Shown one piece after another: positions 11,432 through 22,570 of a DNA stretch of 64,000 bases. The notes under the pieces are model-generated. The model was given only the letters and a program-made list of their open reading frames with translations, was not told where the DNA came from and ran no database searches. Origin of the DNA: Stylophora pistillata (Eukaryota); the NCBI RefSeq assembly GCF_002571385.2, contig NW_019218411.1, positions 81,750-145,749 on the forward strand, written 5' to 3'. How positions within the stretch are numbered: position 1 is the first letter of the stretch; each line of letters opens with the position of its first letter. The position numbers were made by a program, and so were the translations under genes.

Positions 11432-12700
11432 ATGCGTACAAGGAAGCCTAAAGCGCATGGTTTAAAGGAAGAAGGCAAATGGCTGACTTCCTGGACAATT
11501 CCTTGCTTGATGTATCCAAAAGAAATTCGATGGCTATTATGCCCAATGTATATACAAAGTCACACACCGCGGTCTGCACTAAAAGTTGTGGAGGGATTTG
11601 GGAACGGGTCGTTTCGCGAACTTTACGACAGATCAATTTACGAGGAATCCTTTATGAGTGAACGTTTTATCGAGAAATATCACGCGAAATCTGCTATATC
11701 AAATGAGTTATGTCATATTATGTTTACATGTAAACACAACCGTGTATTTAGACGTGATCGAGAACCCAGTAGAATACCAGAAGCTACTCTGAAACGTCTC
11801 AGAAGAAAGGGCGGAAAACTGAAGGAATTTGTTTATGTGCCGGTATTCGTCCAAGCATATGTACCGAAGTCCTCTTGGCTACGTCGTTATGTGAAGGTTA
11901 GAAGAGTTACAAAGAATGTTTGTAAGCTTGATACGAAGAGGGTAAGATTAAATAAAGGTACAAAACATGATAAGAAGTATTTGTTGAATTGTTCAGTGAG
12001 GGTGTATCAGAGGACAATGAAATTGAAGTATAGAGCAAGGTGGTATTTATCAATGTTTTCTTGTAATAGACCCTTGTGTCTTTACAAGAGTCAGACACAC
12101 GCGTCAAACTATTGAAAATTTCAACTGAGTTCAGATGTTGAGAAAAATCCTGGTCCCACTCCAATGTACATTGACCCTAGCAAATTAATAATGGCACCAT
12201 ATAGCCAAGCTAAGGAGTTGGTATTTGGACAAAATTCAGGACAACAATGTGTTGCATTGCGAGTTTATGCTCTTTGATTTACAATAACAAACAAGGAATC
12301 AATTCTGCTAATGCTCTCTTGTCAATGATGAGTATTTGCAATCAGTTGTATTCAAGTTTCTCTCAGTTAACCAAACAATAATTTTAATAATGCAGACAGA
12401 ATTACCCACACTTTTAAATGTGTGCAAGAATGAAGAACCTTTCAATCACTTTTATCCGAAAATTTCAACAATTTTGTCTTGACAACATGATGTACTGCAG
12501 TTGCTATCTATTGTAAAGGTAATGTGGGCTTAAAAATATTCGATTCTTGTGCAAAGGATATTTATTGTAGAAGCCATCCTCAAGGTACACGTGTGCTGCT
12601 TGAAGTATCATCACTGAATAGCTTAGTACATTATTTTCAGAGTATACATAACAATGACATATTTGAGTTGAAAGAGGTTAAAATTAACAAGAGTTCAAAA
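11432..12700 (+). pseudogene. Decayed Helentron ORF: basic N-terminal region, 2A-like peptide, herpes tegument-type (Herpes_teg_N/C76) deubiquitinase relic
   Basis: After the in-frame TGA at 12113-12115 the same frame reads KFQLSSDVEKNPGP (DVEKNPGP 12134-12157) then APYSQAKELVFGQNSGQQCVA. Frameshifted continuation reads SLCSLIY and KIFDSCAKD...HPQGTRVLLEV (FDSH degraded to FDSC at 12539-12550). Confidence 0.7.
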
Positions 12701-13223
12701 TAGTACCGTTTTTTAGAGTCATGCCTGTGAAACCAGAAAGTTCAATGTGAGTGGTGCTGTGCCTGTCTATTCACTCTGCTACTCCGTAATAAAATCATGT
12801 AGTTATTGGAATTCAAACACCTTATCTAATGTTATTCAGTATGGCAAAAGATTATATGAAAAGTCAATCCTTGAAAATCTTGTAAGAAATAATGGTGAAT
12901 GCACAGGGTTTTTGATGTGGTTTTCAGTTTTTTGTATGACGTATTTTTAAACCCACAAAAAGGTCAAAATATGTGTCTTAGTATTTAATGAAGGTCAAAT
13001 GCCTCTTATTGAATATACTAAAACTGTAAATAGCACTACTTCTCTTGTTGGGGCCATCAAAAATATTCAATATTCAGAGATTTTTCTGTTAAAAACAATA
13101 TGAACTACTGAACATTAATATTGCTTCAATATACTGATTTCTGACAACTCCCTTTGGGTGATCATTTAATTTGGCAACAAACTATGACTCGGTACCAATA
13201 ATAGATGAAAAATTCCCTTCTCC

Positions 13224-13425
13224 TTCCAGTTAAAGGCAAATACATAACCTACTCAAGGTTTGTAAGAGCCTTGAAAGTCCTTGAAGGTGCTTAAATTTTA
13301 AAATAAAGAATTCAATGAATTGAATTCAATGAATTCCAGTTAAAGGCAACCTACTCAAGGTTTGTAAGAGCCTTGAAAGTCCTTGAAGGTGCTTAAATTT
13401 TAAAATAAAGAATTCAATGAATTGA
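13224..13425. repeat. ~100-bp direct tandem duplication inside the Helentron
   Basis: TTCCAGTTAAAGGCAA...CCTACTCAAGGTTTGTAAGAGCCTTGAAAGTCCTTGAAGG...GAATTCAATGAATTGAA at 13224 and 13334. Confidence 0.85.
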
Positions 13426-14895
13426 AAGTACTTGAATTTGAGGACTAGGGCTTGATTTTTGCAATGCTTTTTCTAAGCAATTTTCAAGTTGAAAATAACA
13501 GAACTTTCATGGAAAAGCTGAGAAATAATATAAAATGATTTTAAAATTGCTTATGCAAACCTTTCCAAAAGTGGTCCTTCAATTCTCTAAAACTTGGCCT
13601 TCAAAGTCGTTGAAAAGTCCTTGAATTTGAACCCTTGGTATCTGTAGTAACCTACTCCTATATAGTAATCTATTATTTTGATTGATATCTAGTACCATAA
13701 CAACATTCATTACACTCCAGCAAACAAAAATAAACAGAAGTTGACTTATTCATGACCGGCAAAGACGGAATTGCGTGACGACAGTAATATGGCAGTCCCC
13801 TAAAAATAACTTCAGATGTGCGATATTGAAAGCCCGAGTTCACGCGGCTATGCGTCTAGTTAATTAAGAATAAGCATTTTTCTATGTTTCACTTTCATGT
13901 TTCATTCTATTCCTACCAACTCTTTGAGAGTTGGGCGAAGGATCTTATTTCAAGTGTTAAAGCAATTTCGTGAGGGACTCGATCACATCCAATGACCTCC
14001 GAAAATACATTTGTACGATTTCGAAGGAGTCTTTTAGGTTTGCTCGAAAGAAAGAATTATTTGCATTGGAAGTAGAATCTTGCGTGTGAAACTCTTATCA
14101 CTCGTACCGCGCACTGATTTGTTTCCATTTCAGTCGGTTCATTTTGGAAACAGTGTTTGAATAGCTGCGGTAGCTCAGACTAATACCAGTTAAGCTTAAG
14201 AAATTGGTCGGAAGGGGTCAGCTGGCGTGACTCTGACGTTGCTGATCCGTAAGAGTGGGAATCTTGTAAGAGTCGCAGGTAAGTAGCTTTTTAGAGAAAA
14301 AAAAAAAAAGGGATCCGTAAAGTGGCTTCATCTTCCAGCCCGTCCAATAAATTTGTGGTGCTTGCATAAGGTTCACAACGGACCATTCCGGAACCTTTCG
14401 GTTATTTCTATATACAGTAGACGAATTAGATCTTTCGCTCTCCAACTTTGAGTACTATTTCTCGAGGCAAAGCTTGTTAAAGACCAAAAAACATTGAGGA
14501 AGGCTATTTTTATGCCAATGATTCCCGACATTTCCTGCAAAATGATTGGAAGATTTAAGGGATTTAATCCGTTTATTGTTATTATGAACATTTTATTATG
14601 AACTGTAGTCAAAGATAAATGTAAATAATCTCAGTCAGCACTTGCTTAAATATTTAATACAATACATTCTAGGCGAAGCTTGAGCGTGAGCCCACATGGG
14701 GATGTATATAGGGATGCAAGGAAAGTGGAGAGAAGGGAGGAGAAGGGGGGTCCATAGGCATGCTGCCGCTAGAATATTTCGATTTTCATTAGACGAAGAT
14801 GACAACATAGTAGCCTCCAAAAATTAATTTTTTTTATCAAAAACTAAAACAACTATCCCCAGTGAGTTAAATTGAAAAATTACATAAGAAGTTGA

Positions 14896-15045
14896 TTAGC
14901 CCTTTAACTCCAATGAGTGACCAAGACAGAATTTCTCCTTACAATATCATTACAATATCAGGCAGAAAAGATATGACAACAAAGAAAAATATCACTCACG
15001 GGATTACCAGTTGATCCAATAACTAATTCTCCGAACTAATGAATT
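14896..15045 (+). repeat. MITE-like fragment (TTAA-CCCT start) at the end of duplication unit 1; second copy at ~17654-17800
   Basis: CCCTTTAACTCCARTGAGTGACCAAGACAGA...ATATCAATACAATATC...AAATTCTCCGAACTAA present in both units. Confidence 0.6.
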
Positions 15046-15334
15046 AAATTATACAATATTTCTTCATCTTTTCAACGATTTTTCCTCGGACGACTTTCAT
15101 ATTTCCTTCATTATTGGGTATTTTCATAACAGTTCTGGGTCCACTCCGGTACGGTCCTCTCCGCCCTGGCTCACTGCAAAGTTCTCATTCCGCCGAGCAT
15201 GGGCATGAATAAGTTTTAAATGAGACAAGGAACTTGAACCATGACAGCGAAACAATGGAAAGGTCAGTAACATGCTCCCCGAACTTGCGAAAGCTAATTG
15301 TTCACTATTCGATGCAGTAGTATTGAACAGTACT

Positions 15335-15475
15335 GGCCGAATTCTGTACAGGCCTGAATTTTTTCAGTTCTGATTTTCACTACTGCTTAAATAGTGCTCT
15401 TTATTGCGAGGATCGTGTACAAATACGTTTCTATAACCGCAGTTCAGATATATGAATTTCATATATTAGTACAGT
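15335..15475 (+). repeat. SINE-like dispersed repeat fragment present only in duplication unit 2
   Basis: GTACAGGCCTGAATTTTT...CACTACTGCTTAA...CCGCAGTTCAGATATATGAATTTCATATATT; missing from the aligned region of unit 1 (~10050-10075). Confidence 0.5.
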
Positions 15476-15735
15476 AGATATCATGTTAGAGTAAAAAAAG
15501 TTGTAACTCTTTCTTTTCATTTTTCCTTTTTCCCTTTCCTGAGTAATCTAATTGCGATTTTGCCGTTATAGCACAGCTCCGTCGACGAAGAGAAAATCAG
15601 CGCGTGCAATCTAAGAGTTAAATTTCACTTTTTTCAATTCAATTTTTCGTTAGATCAGAAAGAAAGTGAATTATATGAGCCGCAAAGAGCAGCAGCCAGT
15701 CAGGTATAAAAGACTGTTGCAATATAAACAAACTT

Positions 15736-15838
15736 TTCCACGAAAACGGCCACGCATCGTTTACCTCAAGTTCTTCCTGAATTTCTAAGAGCTGGGCAAT
15801 GCTATTTACGCATGCTCCAGTTTCCGGGAAAACTGAAA
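15736..15838 (+). promoter_or_regulatory. Promoter of E2-like copy 3: GAS sites plus overlapping IRF element
   Basis: TTCCACGAA 15736-15744; TTCCGGGAA 15822-15830 overlapping GAAAACTGAAA 15828-15838. Confidence 0.6.
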
Positions 15839-15968
15839 TGTGATGAGAACAAAAGCAAAGCGGTTCGGAAATAGCTCAGTTCGCAACATTCATTGGCTTT
15901 AAATTTAACGAGTGTTTCTCGTTGAAACTTCTACGGACAAACCGAAGTCGCCTTTTTCTTTCTTCAAA

Positions 15969-16412
15969 ATGCCGTGGTCAGCAGCTCAGCAGAAAAGACT
16001 TGGATTTGAGAAAAATATTCTCGAGAAGTACTTCGGTAACAGAGTTTCGTGGATTAATCCAACTGGTGCTACGAAGGTCGAAGTGAGAGTGACGACCACC
16101 AGTGATAAACAGTATACACTTAGAGTGTATCTTCCCGGAGATTTCCCGAATTCAGTCCCGAACATGATCGTCAGTAACCCTTCGTCCTGTCTGAGAAAGA
16201 GAGACGGTTCTTCGATGAGCGGTGGGAGCGGAAGTGATCATACATTGAGTAGCATAGATGGTTGTACTCAGATCTGCCATTTCAAAGCAGACTTATGGCG
16301 AGATAATAACACACTGTACCAAGTTGTCATGAAAGGGCTGATATGGCTGGAAGGTTACGAAGCACATCTTCGAACCGGGCAACCTCTGAGTAAATTCTTG
16401 CAAGAGATGTAA
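15969..16412 (+). CDS. Non-canonical E2/UBC-fold protein, copy 3 (147 aa, intronless)
   Basis: 25 differences from copy 2 over 147 aa (hand count); YLPGDFPNSVP; DHTLSSIDGCTQICHF (Cys103 at 16275-16277); KGLIWLEGYEAH. Confidence 0.85.
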   Translation: MPWSAAQQKRLGFEKNILEKYFGNRVSWINPTGATKVEVRVTTTSDKQYTLRVYLPGDFPNSVPNMIVSNPSSCLRKRDGSSMSGGSGSDHTLSSIDGCTQICHFKADLWRDNNTLYQVVMKGLIWLEGYEAHLRTGQPLSKFLQEM

Positions 16413-17804
16413 ACAAATTGGCTGAGGACAGGAAAAGAATTGTAAATCTGGACCAGTGACAAAAGTTTGTAAATTTATTTTCGAGCCTCAACCTTGATCC
16501 TTAGATTTGGGTAAAATCCTATTGATTATTGCTTAGAGTTAGTACTGGTTGAATTTTACATTTTTAGTACCAGATAAGTCACTTTGCTAAACCTTCACTT
16601 ACGAGCTGACACTTACGATACCTTCGGAGTAAAGATTGCTAATGTTATGAGCAGTTTATTTTACTTCAATTTCACGTTTTATTCAATTCCTGCCAACTCT
16701 TTTGGAGTCAGATAAAGGATCTTATTCTCCAAAGTGCGAACAGTTTCGTGAGAAACTTGATCACATCCAATGATCAGTCCCCGAAAATACATTCGTAAGA
16801 TTCCGAAGGCGTCTTAGAGGGTGGCTTAAAAGAAACCTATTTCGAGCGCTTTCGTTTCTGCAATCGAATTATTTGCGTTAGAAATAGGATCTTACGTATA
16901 AAACTCTTATCTCTCGTGCCGCGTATTGATTCATTTTTATTTCAGTCAGTCCCGTTTTCAAAACGATACCTTAATACCTGCATGCAGCAGCTCAAGCATT
17001 TCAGTAAATCGTAAAGGGTAGGTTGGAAGGGATCAGCTGGCGTGACACCGAATGTACAACAACTGTATTTGGAATTTGTTCTCTCTCAAAGTTATGTATT
17101 TCATTATAGTTAGTAAATCCCTTACATTTTTTTAGAAGTTAAAAATTAAGAACACTTGAGAACACTTTCAGGCTGATTTCACCTAAAATACGCGATATAT
17201 AAGAACGCAATCAGCCTTAACCCCGAAAATGGGTGTTCTTGTATGCGGGTTTTTACTGTAGGACCAATGTTTCCAGATACATTGTGCGCAGTTATCAGAA
17301 AATTGATTGCAATTCTGTGCTAATTGCTTTTATGGAAATTTTACTGTGAACTATAGTCAAAGGTAAATGAAAATAATCACAAACAGCACGTGTTTACTGT
17401 TTGGTACAATACTTTCCAGGCGAAGGCCTGGGCGCGAGTCCACATGGTGATGTGGGGATGCAAGGAAAGTGAAGAGAATGGAGAAGGAGAGGGGGTGGGG
17501 GGGGGGTAATCCACAGGTATGCTACTCCTTGGATATTTCGATTTTCATTACACTAAAATGATAAGATAGTGGCTTACAAAAATGAATGTTTTCATCAAAC
17601 ACTTGAAGAGCCATCTCCACTATGTTGAACTGACAAATTGAATTGGAAGTTGATTAACCCTTTAACTCCAGTGAGTGACCAAGACAGATTTCTCCTAATA
17701 ATATCAATACAATATCTAGCAGAAAAGAAATGATAACAAAGAAAAATATCAGTTACGGGGTTATCAGTTGATCTGATACTAAATTCTCCGAACTAATTGA
17801 TTAA

Positions 17805-18720
17805 ATCCTGATAAATGTACAGTCACTGTGATAAGTATTGATTTCAAGAAGCTTAAGCATTCTTTCAGTCCCCTTTTGATTGGGGGGCAAGAGCTTGAAG
17901 TTGTATATAGCGCAACGATTCTTAGTTTAGCGCTAACAAACAACTTAGCGTGGAAAAATCACACCACTGACTCTATAAAAGAGGTCAATAGGCGTCTATA
18001 CCTTTCTGTCAACCTGCATTTACGCAGGGCCGTTGTCCCGTCTGCTGTTCTCGCCAGCTTTCATAGCACTGCTATAAGACCTATCCTACAATGTTGCTAT
18101 CATGTGTTCCATCACTCTATGTCAGCTTATTTTGGTGATGACATCAAGAGAGTTCAGAAGAGAACTCTTTGATAGGTTGGAAAATATAGAATGGCGAAAT
18201 TTGGAACCGGAATACTTGGAATACGAGGTGAGACCACAACCATAAAGAAGTAACTGGAAAGAAACCTTACCATCTCCAGAGACAACCAAGGAGTGAGTTA
18301 ATTTTTTTAATTTTTAATTTTTAATCATCAGTATTCTTATTTATTTGTTAAGTTACTTTTNTTTTTTTTTTTTTTTTTTAATTGACTATTTTTCGGTCAT
18401 ACAGGGAATTCCGGGTATTCCGGGTATTCCGAGTATTCTGGTTCCGAATTCCAGCATTCCATACTTTCCAACCTATACCGAGCTCTTTGCATGTCATCGC
18501 CCATAGTTATCGTACGTGAACAGTCTCACCAGGCTTGGCCTTACTACTATATATGACAGGCGTACGGATCAGTGTTACAAGCTCGTTAGAGTTCTCACCA
18601 ATTCTAATTACAAACTCACACATTTGCTACCACCCAAGCACCAACCGAAGTACTGAGTAAGGAAAGCTCGAGCCTTTTAAATACCGCTCACATGCAAGAA
18701 CTGAAAGATACAGCCGTTCT
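17805..18720 (+). mobile_element. Degenerate non-LTR retrotransposon (CR1/L2-like) RT C-terminal fragment, interrupted by a TIR element
   Basis: ELEVVYSATILSLALTNNLAWKNH...IKEVNRRLY...IRPILQ...DDIKRVQKR; continues after 18480 with frame-broken GLTTIYDRR...LLPPK. Confidence 0.7.
18172..18480. mobile_element. Non-autonomous DNA transposon with ~50-bp imperfect TIRs and subterminal GGAATAC repeats
   Basis: ATAGGTTGGAAAATATAGAATG...GGAACCGGAATAC / GTATTCTGGTTCCGAATTCCAGCATTCCATACTTTCCAACCTAT; flanked by AACTCTTTG (18163-18171) and AGCTCTTTG (18481-18489), a probable 9-bp TSD. Confidence 0.7.
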
Positions 18721-21700
18721 TTTATACCTTCTAAATGTAGAACAACAAAATCCTTATCTTAACTTGTCATAAGCGAGATCAATGTTTTTAAATTTTCATT
18801 GAATAAATCAGTTTTAACATCAGTCATAAATAAATTTGATACTTATTAGCATATATTTTATGATGTAAATTTCATCGACTATGGTAGTTTTCAAGGACCA
18901 TGCATTTTTAAAAATTTTTTCTAAAACTTGTACGCAATTCAGCTCACTAGCTGCAATGTAAGATTGTTCCCTTATAAATCTCTCCAAGTCTAATTGCCTA
19001 AAGATATAAAAACTGTGCAAGAAGCTAAGCCGGTAAAGCCTATTAAAATATGAAAGTATAGAGTAGTTTCCAAAATTCATTACAAATTATATTCCGTTTA
19101 AGGAACTTAAATTTCTATTTCTATTAACTTTACGACGGAACAACTGTTTGTAATGTCAAGATCGGAGATCAAGTTGTCCGTCATTTTTGCTGCGCTTTTG
19201 AGCTGTACCCAGTCCCTGGCAACTCCTTCTGCTTGCGACTCCTGTTGGTCGACGCGCTCGAGCTCCTCAACCTGGGATATCTAAGTTTTTGAACATGCGC
19301 AGAGGTGGCCAATACGGGCCACTGAGTTTAAGAATCTATCTCTCTCTCTTTCAATTTTTACTCTGTTTTTGTAATTTCGTTTTTGGACTGCCTGTAAAAG
19401 CTGAAACATCTGTTGCGAGTTTTTCTCGACGCCTTGAGGATTTCGATAACAGTTTTAGTTTCTATTTGGATTTTGCATATCATTACGATAATTCTAACCA
19501 TTAGTATCATCATCACTGATTGTTGGTATAATTTTTACCATCACCAGAGTATCACTTGATGTTAAGGTTGTGAAGTTCATCGTCTTTCAAAGACTCTCCC
19601 GGCGGTCTGATGACTGACTCCCTTTTCTTCTTTGACTTTCTTCATTGACCCGCCGAAAGCTTACCCTTAGATGAGAAAATGGTGCAAACTCCTCAGTTTC
19701 GTTTTCTGGTCCCCATTGGCGTTTGATGAAAAGCTGATCTACTTCTTCTGGCCGAGAAGGCTGTATAAATAACCTTAATAGGGCTAAATAAGTTTTTGCA
19801 TTATGTGTAAAGGGTCAATTCAATTGTTTATTTGAAGAAGACTAGGTGTTCGATGTCTTTGTGGAATGTTATACGTAGAGACGAATTAAAAGAAAGTTGT
19901 AACTTGATATGTTATTGATAACACTCACGTGTATGGCTCCTTTACAATAAAGACAAATTTCCTTTAACATAGGCCACTTTTAACGCAGGTACGACTTTGT
20001 TCTTTCTCGACAAACGTTTCCTAATATCGTGATTAACTCACATTACCGCTTTTCTTTCTAAATGGAAGGTCTTCGCATTGTCCCTTTCCAGATCATCAGA
20101 CGTAGAAATGAGCCATATGTCTATATGTCGTGTGCATGTACGTTGTCAAAAGAAAAAAAAAATGCAATGAACCCAGAGGTGACAAGTATCCATACCAGAA
20201 ACACTATGAAAATACAAACGATAATTTTTAACCAATCCATTCAGCCACATCATCTATTTTTACCATTATTGATATTATAATTCAATTTGTTCTACAATCA
20301 TTATTTTGATTACCTTCATTTGATATCGGCTTCGGGATGTACACCATTTACGATATGCGCTAACTGGCTTGTCGCGGATAAAAGGGAAGTTTATCCGATA
20401 TAACAACACGATCAGACTTCCAAAACTGAATTTTGGCATAGTAACCGACATTATACCAGCTTAAGTCAAAGGATTTTTATTTTTAGCAGTTTTTTTCGTC
20501 ACTCGAAGACGCTGGGGTACCTATTGTAAGTGATAATCGTTTTGGCAGACACGATAATCCGATCAAGCCTAGCAGTGTTGAAGTGTTAATGGTTTCATTA
20601 CACCCTTTTTGGTCCTGACGGGTAATTTGTCGTTCGTTTGACTCCCTGCAATCCATATTTTTGTTTTGTATTTAATTTACGTTGACACACCAAATTCATT
20701 TCTATGGGGCTGATTCTTAACTCTCAGGCAACATCCTGCAAACAAACAAACAAACGAGCAAACAAAAACTTCAAATTCATTTTACCAAACGTATTTATAT
20801 TTTCAGTTTTCAATTTTTAACGATTTTGTACCAAGTAATTTGTCGAAAATTTACGGTTTGGATGCTACTGATCCTACAAGGCAAAAGGCGGGAACGTGGT
20901 AGAATAATAAATCGTAAACAGCTGCTTCTATGACGTATTTCACACATACATTGCAGGCTACCCATATGTTGTCTGCATTACTTCCAATCATCTTAACCAC
21001 ATAAAAGTATGTGTTAAGTTTGAGCATGAGCCCATTTGGGCATCCTAGTTTGCGTTATCGGTGAAAGAACAAAGTTCTGCATACCTCAAAATCTTTTGAA
21101 CTTTCACAAGCGTCTTAATCTCAGAGATGAGAACACTTCAACTCTTCTTACTCGTCTTACTCCTTATCCAATTTCTTGCAAAGGAACCAGTCGAAACCAA
21201 TTAGTTCGATGGATATCAAACAGAAGGACACACCTCGTTATGTAACTGTCATTCTTTTTTTTGACAAATTAACTGTAAGTTCGGAAGTTGTAGAAATATC
21301 GACACTCAAGAGCATTGCATTTAAGATCAACTTCCAAATATAATTCAATTTCCTTTTTTCTTTTTCCATGTCTCATTCCTACTGGATTAAAATGGTTTAA
21401 ATAGCGAGGAAAAGTTGTTTTAAGTCAATTGACGATGGAAATCGCATGTCTGCCAGCTTGTGGTTCAGTGATTCTTAATCCATTAAGAAAAGGCTACTCT
21501 GCCCAAGATGTAAAGACCTTGTGACAGTTATAATCTTTAGCTGTTTCCTGCAGAGCTCAGTGTTTGCCAATCTCTTCTTGGCGGACTAAAAGGATCGAAG
21601 GATTGTCAGTGTGAGTGGCGCGCTCGGTGTGAGCGTGCCCTATTGAACGTCAAAGTTTCGACAATATTAATGAAAATCCTCTGAATTCACGGAGTTATTA

Positions 21701-22570
21701 AGCTCTCGGCACCGCATTCTGGCTTAACACCCTCGGTAAGCTTAACCAAACTGGGAGTCACCAATAAAATCTTCTACCTAGGTAGTCATTATCGCTTTTG
21801 TATTTAGAGTTAAAACGAAAATAAAGAAGATCTACTATGCGCAGCGCCTTAAAGTGTAGAAGAGCCGAATCCAAACCAAAGCAGTTGTACTTGATTTGTT
21901 TTGCAAATTAATGCTCACTATCCAAACTTGGTTCCTACAATTATATTTTCCTTAAGCTCCATTCATCAATGGTAATTGATGAATGGAGCTTAAGCTCCAA
22001 ATTCAAACCACCAAAAGTATCAAGTCAAGCTTTTCTATGTCAAAGAAAACGTTCAACCGTGATAACGAAGGGATATGCCTACAGCAAATTAAGACAAAGT
22101 AATTTCTTTGAACTTGAAAATTGTGAGAGAAAATCATGCATTAAAGTTTTCCATTTTCTCATCTCTGTTATCCACCTTTGCCGCTCAACTAACCTCTTTT
22201 GACAACAGCAGATGGTTTCTTAAGTATCAAAGGTATTCCCGCCTCCTATTCCAAGGTCTTTTCTATTAATTATCATGACATCTGTCTAACTAAAGTGACT
22301 TCCTTTAATTATGCTCAGAGCAATTTTAAGAGGAAAATGTAAAATGAGATGTACACTCAGACAAACTCTTCAAAAAAAGGCCAGACCACCAAGATCTCGT
22401 GTTGATAATCGAAGAGTGTGGGCTTACGATAGCAGTGAAGATACATGGGCTCGGGGCTTGTATTTGTGTCGACACAAAGAGCAAACTGAAAGAGGTTTGT
22501 TGCGATGGGAGATTGCTCTAGTTATGATGAACCTTGAAACAGATTGATAACTAGCTAACCAATTGAGCGA

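Larger units (their letters stand above)
11311..13860 (+). mobile_element. Helentron/Helitron2-type non-autonomous element (deletion derivative)
   Basis: 5' subTIR ACTCGGGCTTTC (11316-11327) followed by its own inverted copy (5' hairpin); 3' subTIR GAAAGCCCGAGT (13828-13839); stem-loop ACGC-N6-GCGT; CTAGT end; inserted at a TT with no TSD; absent from the paralogous site at ~16637. Confidence 0.8.
9708..17805 (+). repeat. Tandem segmental duplication, each unit carrying one E2-like gene (unit 1 ~9708-15050, unit 2 ~15052-17805)
   Basis: Collinear similarity of upstream DNA (GTTCTGGGTCCA at ~9801/15132), promoter, CDS, 3' flank (13900-14230 vs 16670-17045), 14680-14870 vs 17435-17630, and a shared terminal MITE fragment. 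Confidence 0.85.

Noticed and set aside
11432-12115. 227-aa ORF as a host gene belonging to the E2 system
   Set aside because: It lies within Helentron termini, is absent from the sister duplicate, and is the N-terminal part of a disrupted TE ORF.
4784-16412. Bacterial contamination or a symbiont operon as the source of the JAB/E2 cluster
   Set aside because: The JAB gene has two spliceosomal introns, genes are kilobases apart with polyA signals and animal TEs between them, and the sequence is contiguous with intron-rich Tbx20 genes.
8201-16412. Naming the E2-like genes after a canonical UBE2 family
   Set aside because: They lack HPN and other family-specific signatures, so no gene symbol is supportable.
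4400-19300. An E1 (ThiF) or ubiquitin-like modifier gene completing the system
   Set aside because: No GxGxxG ThiF motif or beta-grasp ORF ending in GG was recognisable; small multi-exon genes could have been missed.
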